This document shows, piece after piece, positions 24,255-36,667 of a stretch of DNA of 64,000 bases. The stretch is from contig NC_057718.1 of the NCBI RefSeq assembly GCF_004010195.1, forward strand, positions 53,627,615 to 53,691,614, written 5' to 3'. The translations under genes were made by a program, and so were the position numbers. Positions within the stretch are counted from its first letter, which is position 1. Each line of letters opens with the position of its first letter. Source of the DNA: Chiloscyllium plagiosum (lineage: Eukaryota). The notes below the pieces were generated by a model. That model saw only the letters and a program-made list of their open reading frames with translations, did no database searches and was not told the origin of the DNA.

Positions 24255-27200
24255 TTGCTGTAATCCACATGCTGTCAGCAGATGCACAATGTTGCTGTGG
24301 AGACAATTCTAGGATTTTCACCCAGTGGTACTGGAGGGATGGTGATATGTTTTGAAAGCAGGATGCTCAGTAGTTTAGAGGGGAATTTGCAGCTGGTGGC
24401 ATTCCCTAAGACTCAATGCATCAGGAAGCTAATGCTCTCCCTCCTGCATGATTTCTCCAGTCACACGTTCAATCAGTCAGTCCTCCTATTCGAATTCTCA
24501 TTGGCAAGTTGTATCAGGAATAATTCTGAGTTGACTACTTTTGATGTCCTGCTTTTTAATTTTGTTCTTAACTCACTGAAATTTGCTTTCAGGACCATTA
24601 TCCATCTTCTTATTTATGTCGTTAACACTTCAGTCTGTAGCTCCTCACTACCACCAGAGAGGCAACGCATCACAATAGATTTAGTTGTTTAATGCCAAGA
24701 AATGTCTGTCTTTTCTCTGACTATATCTGGTTGTGTCTCTTCAAATAATACTTAGCAATATATGTTGATTCAAAGCTTATGTTACTATAGTTCTTAATTT
24801 GTTTTTGTCGATTACTGCATATCAGAGTTAATTTGTTCAGTGCAACCTTCTTCGGTATTGATCTATACCACATGTTTGTCTAATGAAAATGAAAGCCTTT
24901 AGAGATGCCTTTTCAGTGATGCAAATCAATGCCTGCTGTTTCAAAGCAGCATACACGTTGTGCTTAGAAATTCTGTGACTGTGTACCTTTTTGGTTTTAT
25001 TTTTAATGATGCCTGTAATCAATCAACTGAAAATCAAACAATACATAATACCGCTAAAGAAACAAGTTTTAGATATTTGCAGTTGATATACTTTGGTAAA
25101 TCGCTTCAATATTATGATGCACAATTCTGAAATAATTCTGGCTTTTAGATATTCTAGCTTCTCCTGCGGGTTATGTTTAACCAGAAAATCAATGTGGATG
25201 ATAAATATTACTCAGACGTGTTGCGTCTACAAAATGTTTGTCAAAGTTAGTCCTCAACTATCTATGCTTATTGAAAATTGCTAAGGCCTTGACAATTCAT
25301 AAGCAAACATTGTACAAATATGATAATACTTAGCAACTAATGTCCTGGGTTGTTTGAGCTACACAAGGTGAGTCAGAGCCCTGTGCATAATTTGTGAGTG
25401 TTGCTGGGTTTCCTTCTGGGAAAGGCCAAGCACAACAAATTCTAGGAGACTAATGGGTTGAAAATGGGAAACAGAGGGTAAATGACTTGGCAGAAAATGT
25501 GGCAGAATTGCACAAGACATCCAGCAAGGCCAATCTCGATGTTAAGAACAACTCGTATCTTGCAATTCCGTTTCAGATGTCAGGGCAGTATCCTTGCTGG
25601 GCATGGAGAATGGCCTATTAAAGTGGATTATTTCATGTTAACTTCATTGACTTTATTAACAGCACATCTCAACTGATCAAAATGCAACTCCTTATCCAAC
25701 AACAATACTTGACTTGGAAGTCAGAGCAGGTACTCCGTGACTTCAGCTCACGACTCCCTGTGATTAACCTCTTTGTTACTCACCAAGCAACAGCACCTCA
25801 CAACACAAGCCATGGGCACCAGGCGCAAGCATCCCTTGTCAATGGACAATGTTATATTTGCCAATCCCTCAGGATCCTCATGATACCCTTCCAATCAACT
25901 TGGAAGATGCTAAGCAAGCATATGCCTGCAATACAGCAACTAGCACTGAAAGGCTGCTGCAAGTTTGGCCAGAGACAGCAAGAGATCTCGCTAGGCCACC
26001 CTGTGAGAAACCTTGCAAGAAACTTGATTAAACTGACACTAGGCCAGAATATGGAAGATTCCACTCAGAAAGACAAATTGCCTCATTAATTCACTTCAAA
26101 CTATGAATATGTCAGGTTTTGATGCAACAGTACAAATATTTTTAATTATAAATAATGCACAAACAATTATGGCAATTAAAATATAAGGTAAATTCCAGGT
26201 TTAGCTTCTGTTTTTCCATCCATTCACTTTAGAGTTTGAGATTATTCCTCATTTGAACCAATACTTCAAAGTTTGTTGGAGGGGAATGTGCTTTCTTCTT
26301 CCAAACTATGCACTTTATGTCCTCCACAAGCCCAATGTGGCCAGTAGATACCCAAAATTTACCCATTATGGAGTAACTGGAAGCTGTTTCTAATTCAGAT
26401 TATGTTTCTTGAGTATTCTGGTCAGGTCAAAGACTGGGGTCACAGAGATTTGAGGTGAAGTTAATCAGAAGTTTTAGAAAATGAGTATTTGCACTTTTCA
26501 CATTCACAAGCTTCATTTCCTTGTCATAATACTGGTCACAAGTTTAAGATAAAATGTTACATTGACACTCCCTATATAATCACATACAATTGGATTTTGC
26601 TAGGTAAACAGTTACTTGTCACTTGCCTGTTGATGAACTGAACAAGTCATTCAACATACTTTCCAAAAAAATTTGCTTGTTTTACTTGGTATTTGAAATT
26701 CATAAAATTCAAAGTCAGAATTGAAACATTAACAATGGTATAACCTACACACCACCACTACAAAATTATGTTTACCCAATAAATTGTCTTCTGTATCTTT
26801 TAATAGATTGCTAAAATATTTATTTCACAGTGTTCATCCTGTCTTTCAAAGCCCAAGTATCAAGTAAAATATTCTACCTAAGGATAAAGGTGCACTCATG
26901 CATTCTGAGAATGTGTCCCTTGCAGACTTGTCCTGCATCCATTACACGGTTCTTGATTTGAAATAGAAGGATGTATCACTTTGTATTTGAGAATTTTTTG
27001 CTTTATGCAACGTGATTTAAAATAAACAAAGCTTTGAATCATCAATGGTTTATTTCATTTTAAAGAGGTTCCATTTAAAATATTAACAACTTTTCTATTC
27101 TGCCACTATCTGTTGAACAAGGTCTGTGATCAGCAACACCAATGGTTTCTTTGCTTTTCTTTTTAGCTGTTAACAAAGATTGTTTATTGAAAATGCTTTC

Positions 27201-27639
27201 AATTTTCCTCAATTAAAAGGTTGAAAATTCGATTAATAACTTCTTTGTTTCTGAAGCAGTTTTGAGGATTAAGGGGATTTTTTTCAAAATGATAACTGGG
27301 AAGCTGTGTAAATTTTTGTTTTGTCAATGGAAATGTTTATGAAACATGGACTAATCTAGCTATAGTATTAATAATGCATGGATTACATTCAGGCAGATGT
27401 TCAATTCTGTGTTCCTTTCCAAAGTCATCAAATGTGATCTCCACTCCTAAACCCATTCCCATCTTTCCCAAATACACTGTTTGAATCATTCTAATCCTGA
27501 TCCTGCTAATGCATATAAACTGTCCTGAGAAAAGTACAAAAAACAAACACTGTGCCAGTGACCAAGAAAAAAGATTATCCTCAGAGCAATCTCCTTCTCA
27601 ATTCTTCAATACAATCAAATACCCCATCCTCCATCAAAA

Positions 27640-28290
27640 CCTCTTCTCTATTATCCAGTTCAGTTAGACTGTACTTCATGACACCATCTGCAAACATGCT
27701 CGCAGATTCCAAATGCACAATGATGACTCCCAGCTCTATTAGTCCACCAACTCATTAGATCTTTCCGATGCCTTGGTGTCATTGGATTAGTTGCATAAGA
27801 TCCAGACATAAACGAACCATGAACTCTTCCAGTTATAAATCAGGAAGATCAGTGCCATTGTCTTTAGCCCTATAGACTATGAAACTCTAAATCCTCAGCA
27901 TTAATTCCAACACTTCCCCACAGTCATTGTCTCACATTACCATCTTATTCAACAATGTTCTGAGCTTCTAACCTCAAATACTCACCACTGCAAAGACATC
28001 TGCTGCCAGGTATGTCTCTTTGTCTTCATCAGGTCCAGCTCTACCATAACTGCAACCTGTAAGTAAGATCATGTCTTTGTCAGTTTCAGAGTTGACTATT
28101 TTGATGTTCTCCTGGCCCATCACCCAACCTTTCTGCTCTATAAACTTTAGGTAATTATTAATTGTGCTGCTTGAATCCTATACCACACCAAGCCCTCCAT
28201 ACAAACATTCTCATCCCTAATTTGACTCCAGCATCTCAAATTTAAAATTTGCATCCTCATGTTAAAATCCCTCCACAGTCTTTTGACCAA
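27640..28290 (+). mobile_element. L2-like LINE 3' remnant
   Basis: HVFVSFRVDYFDVLLA and FKICILMLKSLH resemble the L2 ORF2 C-terminus. Confidence 0.6.
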
Positions 28291-29329
28291 ATAACCTGCA
28301 TGACTGTGGTCAATAGAATAAATGCATTTCATGCTCTGTATGTTCAGTGTCAAATTTTACAGTGTAACATTTGTTGTCTATGCTCTGCATTACACATAGT
28401 ATAAAGCCAACTGTGCGTGCTATAATATTCTCTGTTGGAGAAACAGGCCGAGTAAGGTCATCCAGCACACCAAACCCCCTCAGTAGTTTCAACTTATTTA
28501 AATCCTTCACCATCAAAGACTGCAGCTTCATCCTATGGTGCTTCATTCCTCATTATTACATTAGAAGTACAGATTGCCTCAAATAGAGTTGCTGTTGCAA
28601 TTGTTTAACTTCAACAATACTGGATGACCAATAGATTCTCCAACTGTGATGAGAACAAACAAGACCTAACCACACTTTCCCATTTATGTAATCATCTGAC
28701 CTTCTGCCAAGGTATGACAAATGATTGGGGCATACCCAAGGAATTTCCAAAATTCAGTTAGAACAGCAAAGTTTGCATAAACTATTATTTGGTGAAAAAG
28801 AAAGTGGTTGGTTTGGTGAATTGGTGCCAATGGTGGCAGCTTGCCCTTTAGCAGCATGTAATGGAAATCTGGATATCTGCTATTCATTGTTCACCAGTCA
28901 CTAAGTGAATTAGTACAATTCATCTTCCATATTTACAAACAAGAAAACAACTTAACACTGGAGCAATCCAATAAAATAAAAATCAGTCACATTCTTAATA
29001 AATTATGTGTTTGTGATTTGAAAAAAAGACATTATTTTGAATTTATTTTGCTCAATTTACCCTGAAGAAATTAGAATGTTAAAGCAAGTCGTGAATAAAA
29101 TCAAGTAATATTGATACTATATCAACTGTCCGAACAACTGATATTTTTAAAACTCTCAATAAAGAATCCCCATGCCATCCTTCTGTCACTCTGTATTTTG
29201 TTCCCAAATATTTTTGTTATATTTCCAAAATACAGATTTCAAACTAACAGAAAAAGTTTAAAATCAGTGTTGACTTTGAGTGGAAGAGCACAATTCACCA
29301 TTAATGAGGATGCACGTCAGGGACATTTT

Positions 29330-29558
29330 CTAATCAGCCTGTTCAAGGATATTGCTGCACACCTCCAGAGTAAATAGCACTTCAACCTGGGTCTCTTGCC
29401 TCAAAGATGGAGACACTTTTACTTTGCCACAAGAGCCCTGAAATGATGCATCATAACTTTTTATATTTAACCTATTTTTCTAATCAACCTATTCAGACAT
29501 GTTATTACACACCTCAGGAGCAGGTGGGACTTGAACTCAGGTCCTCCTGGTCCAGGGG
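29330..29558 (-). mobile_element. Two tandem short SINE-like copies
   Basis: Both begin CTAATCA(G/A)CCT(G/A)TTCA on +, the reverse of the end of 7869-7978. Confidence 0.55.
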
Positions 29559-29559
29559 G

Positions 29560-31390
29560 TATGGACATGAGAAGAAAGCAGAGAGTAGGGATAAAAGAGT
29601 CCTTCTCAGATGGCAGCCAGTGAAAAGTAGTGTTCCGCAAGGCTCAGTGTTGGGACCACAACGTTTCACTTTATACTATTACAACGCGGGGTAAACCCAC
29701 CTGCTAATTTAAACCAGCAACACAGAAAAGATTTACCCCATGCGGTAATCTGTGAAATCTCGAGAGGCAAAGAACTGTCCCAAAAGTCACTATTTAAGGT
29801 AAAAATTAACAACTTTATTTGTTAAATTTGAACAGAGAATAATTAACTAACAACTATTTACAACTCATTTATCTAAATCTATCTTTTACCTTCCCCTCTA
29901 TAACACTGGTCCAATAAAACATCCGATTAAGATATACAAAAAAATTCAAATTTCAAAACCAGCCAGCTGTCGAATCTTCTCTTTGTATTTTCGTCTGTAG
30001 ATTTGCTCTCCAGGTCGGTGTCGGTGTCGATGGTTTTTTCTGCGCAAACTCCTTCTCTAGACAGGTACCTCTCAGAGAGTTCTTACTGGCCGCCTACATC
30101 TGTTGGTCTTTTGGAAGTTCTCTTTGCCGCTCTGACTAACTGTTCAAACTGTCTGATACTTATACTCCAAAACATCAGATCGTTTCATTGGTTTTAATAT
30201 TGTCAAAATACCAAATTCAAATTTGATTGGAGTTTGATATCTTGGGGCATAATTTAAACTGATTGGCAGAATTTGAGTTTGTTTTTGTCTCATAGCAACT
30301 AAGCCAGTGCTAGCTGTTCTGACGAAGTGTTACATTGTTACCTTGTTCTGGACTCTCTGTGCCTCTCTAGTTTTCAACTCTTTTAAAAATGCAGTACCCC
30401 TTACACCCTCATGACAATACGGTAATAAACTAGGTGAAGGAACTGAGGGCTTTCTGGCTAAATTTGCAGACGATGCAAAGATAGATAGAGGGACAGGTAG
30501 CATGGAGGAGGCAGGGAAGCTGCAGAAGGATTTGGACAGATTAAGAGAGTGAGCAAAGAAGTGGCAGATGGAGTACAACATGGGAAAGTATGAGGTCATG
30601 CACTTTGTTAGGAAGAATAGAGGCATGGACTATTTTCTAAATGAGGAGAAAATTAGAAGGCTGAAGTGCGAAGAGACTTGGGAGTCCTAGTTCAGGATTC
30701 TCTCGAGGTAAACTTGCTGGTTCAGTTAGTAGTTAAAAAGGCAAATACAATTATGACATTTCTTTTGAGAGGACTTGAATATAAAAGCAGGGATGTACTT
30801 CTAAACCTATATGAGGCTCTAATCACACCATATTTGGAGTATTGTGTTCAGTTTTGGGCTTCATATCTCAGGAAGGATATATTGGACGTGGAGCATGTTC
30901 AGAGAAGGCTCATGAGAATGGTCCCAGGAATGAAAAGCTTAACATATAAGCAATGTTTGAGGACTCTGGGTTTACATTTGATGGAATTTAGAAGGATGAG
31001 GGGGGATTCAATTGAGACATACAGAATACTGATTGGTCTGGACAGAGTAGATGTTGGGAAATTGTTTCCTTTGTTAGGAGAGACTAGGACCCGAGGGCAT
31101 AACCTTAGAGTAAAGGGAAGATCTTTTAGAACAGAGATAAGAAGAAACTTCTTCAGCCAGAGAGTGGTGAATCTATGGAATTCATTGTCACAGAAGGCTG
31201 TGGAGGCCAGGTCATTGAGTGTATTTAAGACTGAGATAGATAGGTTCTTGAGTATCAAGGGGACCAAGGGTTATGGGGAGAAAGTGGGAGAATGGTGCTG
31301 AGAAACTTACCAGCCATGATTGAATGGCGGAGCAGACCTGATGGGCTGAATGGCCTAATTTCTGCTCTTATGTCTTATGGTCTAATGGTC
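29560..31390 (+). mobile_element. CR1 RT-to-3' end, interrupted by solo LTR
   Basis: SVPQGSVLGPQRFTLY | GNKLGEGTEGFLAKFADD reads through across the insert; 211-aa C-terminal ORF; TCTTATGG-type tail. Confidence 0.92.
29677..30416 (-). mobile_element. 740-bp solo LTR (Gypsy- or ERV-like)
   Basis: 4-bp TSD ATAC (29673-29676, 30417-30420); minus strand starts TGTCATG and ends GTAATA (CA decayed); AATAAA on minus near 29815. Confidence 0.75.
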
Positions 31391-32182
31391 ACTACTGATG
31401 TGCCACATATATGAAAAGCTAATTTATTTCATGTGCTGAGTGACTGTTAAACAACAGGTTATTTGTCCTGACGATAACAAATTAACATTAAACTTTGAAC
31501 TCTTTTGACAGACTAGGGTGGGCGATGGAAATTGGAATTGTTTCTGAGTCTTGAACTATCCCCTGGATGGGGAACAGAATTCATTCATTAATTTTACAGA
31601 TACAACCCCTGAATTGCAATAAGAAGCACGTTTTGTGGTTAATTCACAGCCACTGGTCAGCAACGTTGGAGGGTCAAATGAAATGTATCCCTAAAGTCAC
31701 CCTTTGTTTCTCTGCAGAAGAAGAGAGAAGACAGTCCCTGAGCTTTGGGCTGAATCGCTGTACTTCTTAATATCTCAAGGGAGCCTGGGACCTATGATAG
31801 GACCTCATTTTCTGACAGCAACCCTGAAGTAAAGCTCGAGGCTAAGAGGGAAGCAGGGGAAGTGACTTGTTTTAGCCAAGATGTAGTTGAAGGAGACAAA
31901 GCAAATCTTGATTGAAATAACAGCCACTGTCAGAAGGACAAGTGTTGTTGGAACAGAAGAGTGGAATGGGAGAGTGTGTACAATGACCTTGTATGTCCTG
32001 GCAAGGCGAGAATAATCCCCATGCTTTCGGCCTGTTGGTTTTCATTCTTCACTTCCAAGGAGTCTCAGGATGCAAGCTGCTCCAAAGTTTGCATAAGATC
32101 TTACTGACCCCTCAGATTGGCTCAGAACAACAGTGCTGCTGAGGACTAATACATGCACTTTCTAATGGCATTTATAGTGTCG

Positions 32183-32495
32183 TAGAGTCATAGAATCAAA
32201 CAGCACGGAAACAGACCCTTCAGTCCAACTCATCCATGCTGACCAGGTTTCCCAAACGAAACTAGTCCCATTTGCTGTGTTTATCCCATACACTTCTAAG
32301 CCTTTCCTATTCATGTACCTGTCCACTTCCATTTACCATGCCCTCTGGCTATTCATTCCACATTTGAACCAACTCTGTGAAAAAGTTGCTCCTCAGGTCC
32401 CTTTTAAATTTTACTTCTCTCACTTTAAAAAGATGCCTTCTAGTTTTGAACTGGAGGGAAGAGATCTTTGCTATTCACCTTATCCATGCCCCTCA
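32183..32495 (-). mobile_element. CR1 3' fragment
   Basis: Reverse of CR1 tail (GGAAACAGACCCTTCAGTCCAAC). Confidence 0.8.
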
Positions 32496-33153
32496 ATGGC
32501 CAAGTCATCCTTTCACCATTCACCCTTTTATTGATCTGAGGAAATGTCCTCTGGCAGCCATTACTGGCTTCCCAGTGTGTACCAGCCTCCTTCACTTGGA
32601 GTGCATCTGACAGAATGGACACATCCATGTGTGCCTCCATGGAAATCTCAGCAGGCCATTACAAGCTCTTAATGAGCTCTTTAAACAACTTAGTTGGCCT
32701 CATTTGAGAATTGGACAGATTTGCCCTTCTCTGCCTTTAGGACACTGCCCAATGGAAGGCACAGCATCAGGAAGCTGTATGTAACTGGTGCAATATTTTC
32801 AGACCCATTCCCATCTCCAGCAGGACCTGCAAAGATAACCCCCCTCAGTGTCTTTCCAGCACTTTTGTTTCAAATTTCCAACATCCACAATGTTTGCCTT
32901 TGAGCAGGATCTGTTTTCTCTTTAGTTGCATGTTCACAGGTTTGGCCAGAGAATATTCTAGAAACTATGCGATTGCAATTGAAGCACAACTAAACTTGTC
33001 AACTGCAGTAAAACTGTGATAAGGGAGCTGAATCACCATTGCTTGCCACGTATACATTACAAGTAACAGAATCAATCAGTTAAGGAGACAGTGGAGGAAA
33101 TACTTTGTCAAAAGACCTGTTTTACTGAAAAAGTCCAGCAATTATTATTACTC

Positions 33154-33545
33154 GGTGGCAGCCTTGGTTCTGTCGTCGCACTCTCTCCTCTGATTCTGAA
33201 AGATGTATTTTCAAGCCTCTCTCCAGAGACTGGAACATATAATTCAGGTTGACATTCCAGTGCAGCAATCTTATATATGTTATTCAAAACTAAAAATCTT
33301 CTCTCACCTCTCAAGTGGATATGAAAGATCCCATTGCACGATTTGAAAATATGAAAATTCTCCCAGGCTCTTGCTTAGCATGAGTTTCTCAATCCAGTGT
33401 CTCTGAAACATTTTATCCAGTCATTTATCTTATTTCTATTTATAGGGTTTTCGTAGGTGGAAATTTGCTGCGTTCTCTCACTACATTATAACAGTAACAC
33501 TGCACTGACTGCGAAGCATTTTAAAATTTGCTTGAGGCCATAAAG
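33154..33545 (+). mobile_element. Ancient Deu-domain-like SINE
   Basis: tRNA-like head then CTCTCAAGTGGATATGAAAGATCCCATTGCAC core; a similar copy at ~42440-42790. Confidence 0.55.
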
Positions 33546-35523
33546 GAAGGTAAATCTTTTCCTTTCTCAATGTACAAAAACAAATCCAATGATTGGTGAG
33601 TATTGGCAAGGATATTGCCAGACTGGAAAATTTTGGTAATGTTGGGATTTTGCAGGGGTGGCCCAACTCCCGACGAAGCTGTCAGTGGGGAGGCGGTCCA
33701 TAGGGAGAATGGTGGCCCTGCTTCCACGTAAAAGCTAGTTGATAGGATGAAGCAAGATTCACTGTGGCAGAATGCCAAGATAGAGGAGGGGCGGGGAGGG
33801 GTATGAGTAGTAGACTTAGTCAAATTCAGGCTGGCTGGCCCTCCCGGTGTATGAGGGACCTTGGGGCTGCGTTTGAGAAGGGGGAAGGGTTGAAGGGGCT
33901 ACTGTGATCTTGGAGTTGGAGAGGCTGCCTCCTCAGGACAGAGAGAACCACAAAAGAGGACTCTCTCTGCCCTTTTGCCCAATGCCAGCCTGTATAATTA
34001 AAGCTGCTCAGCTTCCATCATGGCGCGGCAGTTCCAAAGAAGAATCACACTGCATTCGAAATGTTAACTCTGTTTCTCTCTCCACAGATGCTGCCACACC
34101 TGCTGAGTTTTGCCTGTATCCTCTGCGATGGTGTTGTCATCTCCCTACAGAGTGTAAAATCATGACAGGTTGAACATGGGGCCTTTGAAAGGCCAGTAGA
34201 TGAGTCCTTCAGGGCCTCAATAGTCCCGAGTGGACAGACCGCCTTTCCCTGTTAAATCTCATTAAGTTCATGGCTGGGGAGGGGGACAGTGGGAAGACCT
34301 CATGTTTGCATCGACAAGGCCCCTATCCTGGTTTAAAACTTGCCAGTGAGTGAACAAAAAATCCAGCCCAACAAAAACTGGATAAGCTAAAGTTATTTTC
34401 TTCAAAACTTTGTGGTGTATTTAATTATGAGGGCTTAGCTATGTTGAATTAGAAAATCGTGTTCCCTGTGGTTGAAAAATTCATCACTGGAATGCACAGA
34501 TTTAGAGTAAGTGGTAGGAAAGCTAAAGGGGATTAAAGGGGAAGTACCTTCACCCAGAGGGTGATGTGGATCTGGAACTCATTAGCTGAAAGGTTGTGTG
34601 TGTAACATCACCAGGATTTGGTTATGCCCTCAAGCTGCTGTGACCTGCATGGCTGCAGACCAAGAGAGGACAACATAAGGAGGTTGGATAGCTCTTTGTC
34701 AGTTAGTGTCAATACGATGGGCCATAGTTTTGGTAAAATTCTCTGTTGACAATTGACCATACTTTGTTGATTACAGTAGATCTCATCTGAACAATTGAGT
34801 TCATTGTCAAATATCACATAGTCGTCTACCAACTGTCAACTATTTTACAATGATCAGATGACCACAAAACATTTGCAAATGGATGACACCATGCTTCTTT
34901 AAATCCACATGCCATCTCAAACTTCTTATTCCTTATCATTACCTTCATCCCTCTTATATTATTCCCATTGCCATCCCCATTCTCACCATCTCTCCCTCTC
35001 TACTAACCTTTCTCTCTAACGTAATCCAATTCTCATCCTCGGGTCCTCCCCTCCCACGCATTCCCTACAGGAAATCACATCTGTAGACCTCTCAGGAATT
35101 CTTTTCAATTCCTTAATGAGCAGACAACCATCATTGTTAATTTGGCTACCATGTACAAATAGACTATGTAAATATTTGCTGTAAAAGAGGAAGTCCAGGA
35201 AATAGGGAATGGTATTCAAAGAACCCGTACAAGAATTGACCTAAAATGGAGCAGTAAAATCACCATAGTCCTGCAGGACAATAGGGCTGCTCATTAAAGA
35301 GAGACAACTCATGGTTTAACCTGTGAGTCACCACTCCTCAGGTGGGGAGAGTGATTAGATTAGATTACTTACAATGTGGAAACAATGTGGTTGAGAAGGA
35401 GAATCTTTCATGGTGACCTCAGCTGGGGTGGGAATTGAACCCACATTGATGGAATCATGCTGCATGGTGAATTAGTGTACTGGAATGCACACTAACAAGA
35501 TACATTACAAACTAAAGATCCAA

Positions 35524-36060
35524 GGGCTGGATTATGTGAGAGTAGGCTCCCCTCACCCCGGTGTAAATTTTGAGGATGAGCCCGTCTCCATTTAGCCACC
35601 CACCACTGTATTTTCTTTGGGTGACAGAATTTTGCTTAACATGAAATGGAAACCCGCTCTGTCTCCAGACTTATTACAGCTACTAATCAATTGGAAGTCA
35701 GCAGCTCTGCACACTGGCAATGTTAAACAAGAACAGCAGCTGCAGTTGGTGCTGGTAGGTAGGTTAGGTGGAAGTGTTCAGCAATAGAGCTGGAGACTAA
35801 GGTAATTTCAAGATCACTCAGCAAGGAGGGATAGAATTCTTTTTGAATAGAGCAGTGGGGAGACAGAGCTATGGAAATAAGGGATGGTGATGGTGATAGT
35901 GGAGCCTCTGATTTAGTCATTGGGGCTGGGAAAGAGATATTCCCTCCTTTCAGTTGCCAAGGTTGGATAGACTGAGCAGTTGACATCCTGCCAAGGCATG
36001 GCACCCTAATTTTATCAATTCACTCTTCTCATCCATGCATGGGTCATAAAATTTCAGTCC
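35524..36060. mobile_element. Possible non-autonomous DNA transposon (MITE-like)
   Basis: Imperfect terminal inverted repeats GGGCTGGATT / AATTTCAGTCC; a similar end AAAATCCAGCCC near 34358-34369. Confidence 0.35.
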
Positions 36061-36346
36061 AAGAGTTTACTGCTGACATGATGCAGAAGTGATCACTGGT
36101 ACTAAGAAGTCACTACAGGCATGGATAAGTGATCTTGCATTCAATATGCCATTTCAAATGCAGAAGCATCTTTGCATTTCAGTTTATTGCCTGTCTGAAT
36201 TGGTATTCATAACATTAAAATCTATGAACATATTAATTAAACATGAACAGATGTTGATCCACAGCAACACAAGGACAGATTAGGACATGCTGATGACACA
36301 TCCACACATGGGAGAATTACCTGGCCATACTGAATTTGAATCGTAC

Positions 36347-36492
36347 TGAAAAGAGAGATATGTTGCTGAAGGTTCTTATTTTCCATTTACCAGGACAAAT
36401 GCAAGAATATCAATCACAGCAGTTTATTGTATTCTTGCTTGTGTCCTGATGAGTGGAAGATGGAAAGCTTCAGGAACATGTCTCCCTTTTCA
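36347..36492. repeat. 63-bp inverted repeat of old PLE termini with decayed hammerheads (family D)
   Basis: Arms 36347-36409 and 36430-36492, 50/63 identical; right arm TGTC-CTGATGA-GTGGAAGATG-GAAAGCTTC. Confidence 0.75.
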
Positions 36493-36667
36493 AAAAGATT
36501 TAACACATGAGAATGATACCACCTCAGAGTTCATCTGCCAGCTAGCAAGAATACATCCAACTACATGGGCTTGCCTAGGCTTTGAACTATTCCAAGAATG
36601 ATCTCCTCTAGGAATGTTGTTGACGGTGAGGTTCTTAGGAATAGTATAATCTGTGGAATCAGAATTT

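Larger units (their letters stand above)
23628..24410 (-). mobile_element. Old LINE-like 3' end hosting two nested insertions
   Basis: Sequence reads through after removing the SINE and PLE inserts; similar to ~1400-1530. Confidence 0.45.

Noticed and set aside
30666..31301. 211-aa ORF as a host gene
   Set aside because: It is the CR1 ORF2 C-terminus; the upstream frame has a stop and an LTR insertion
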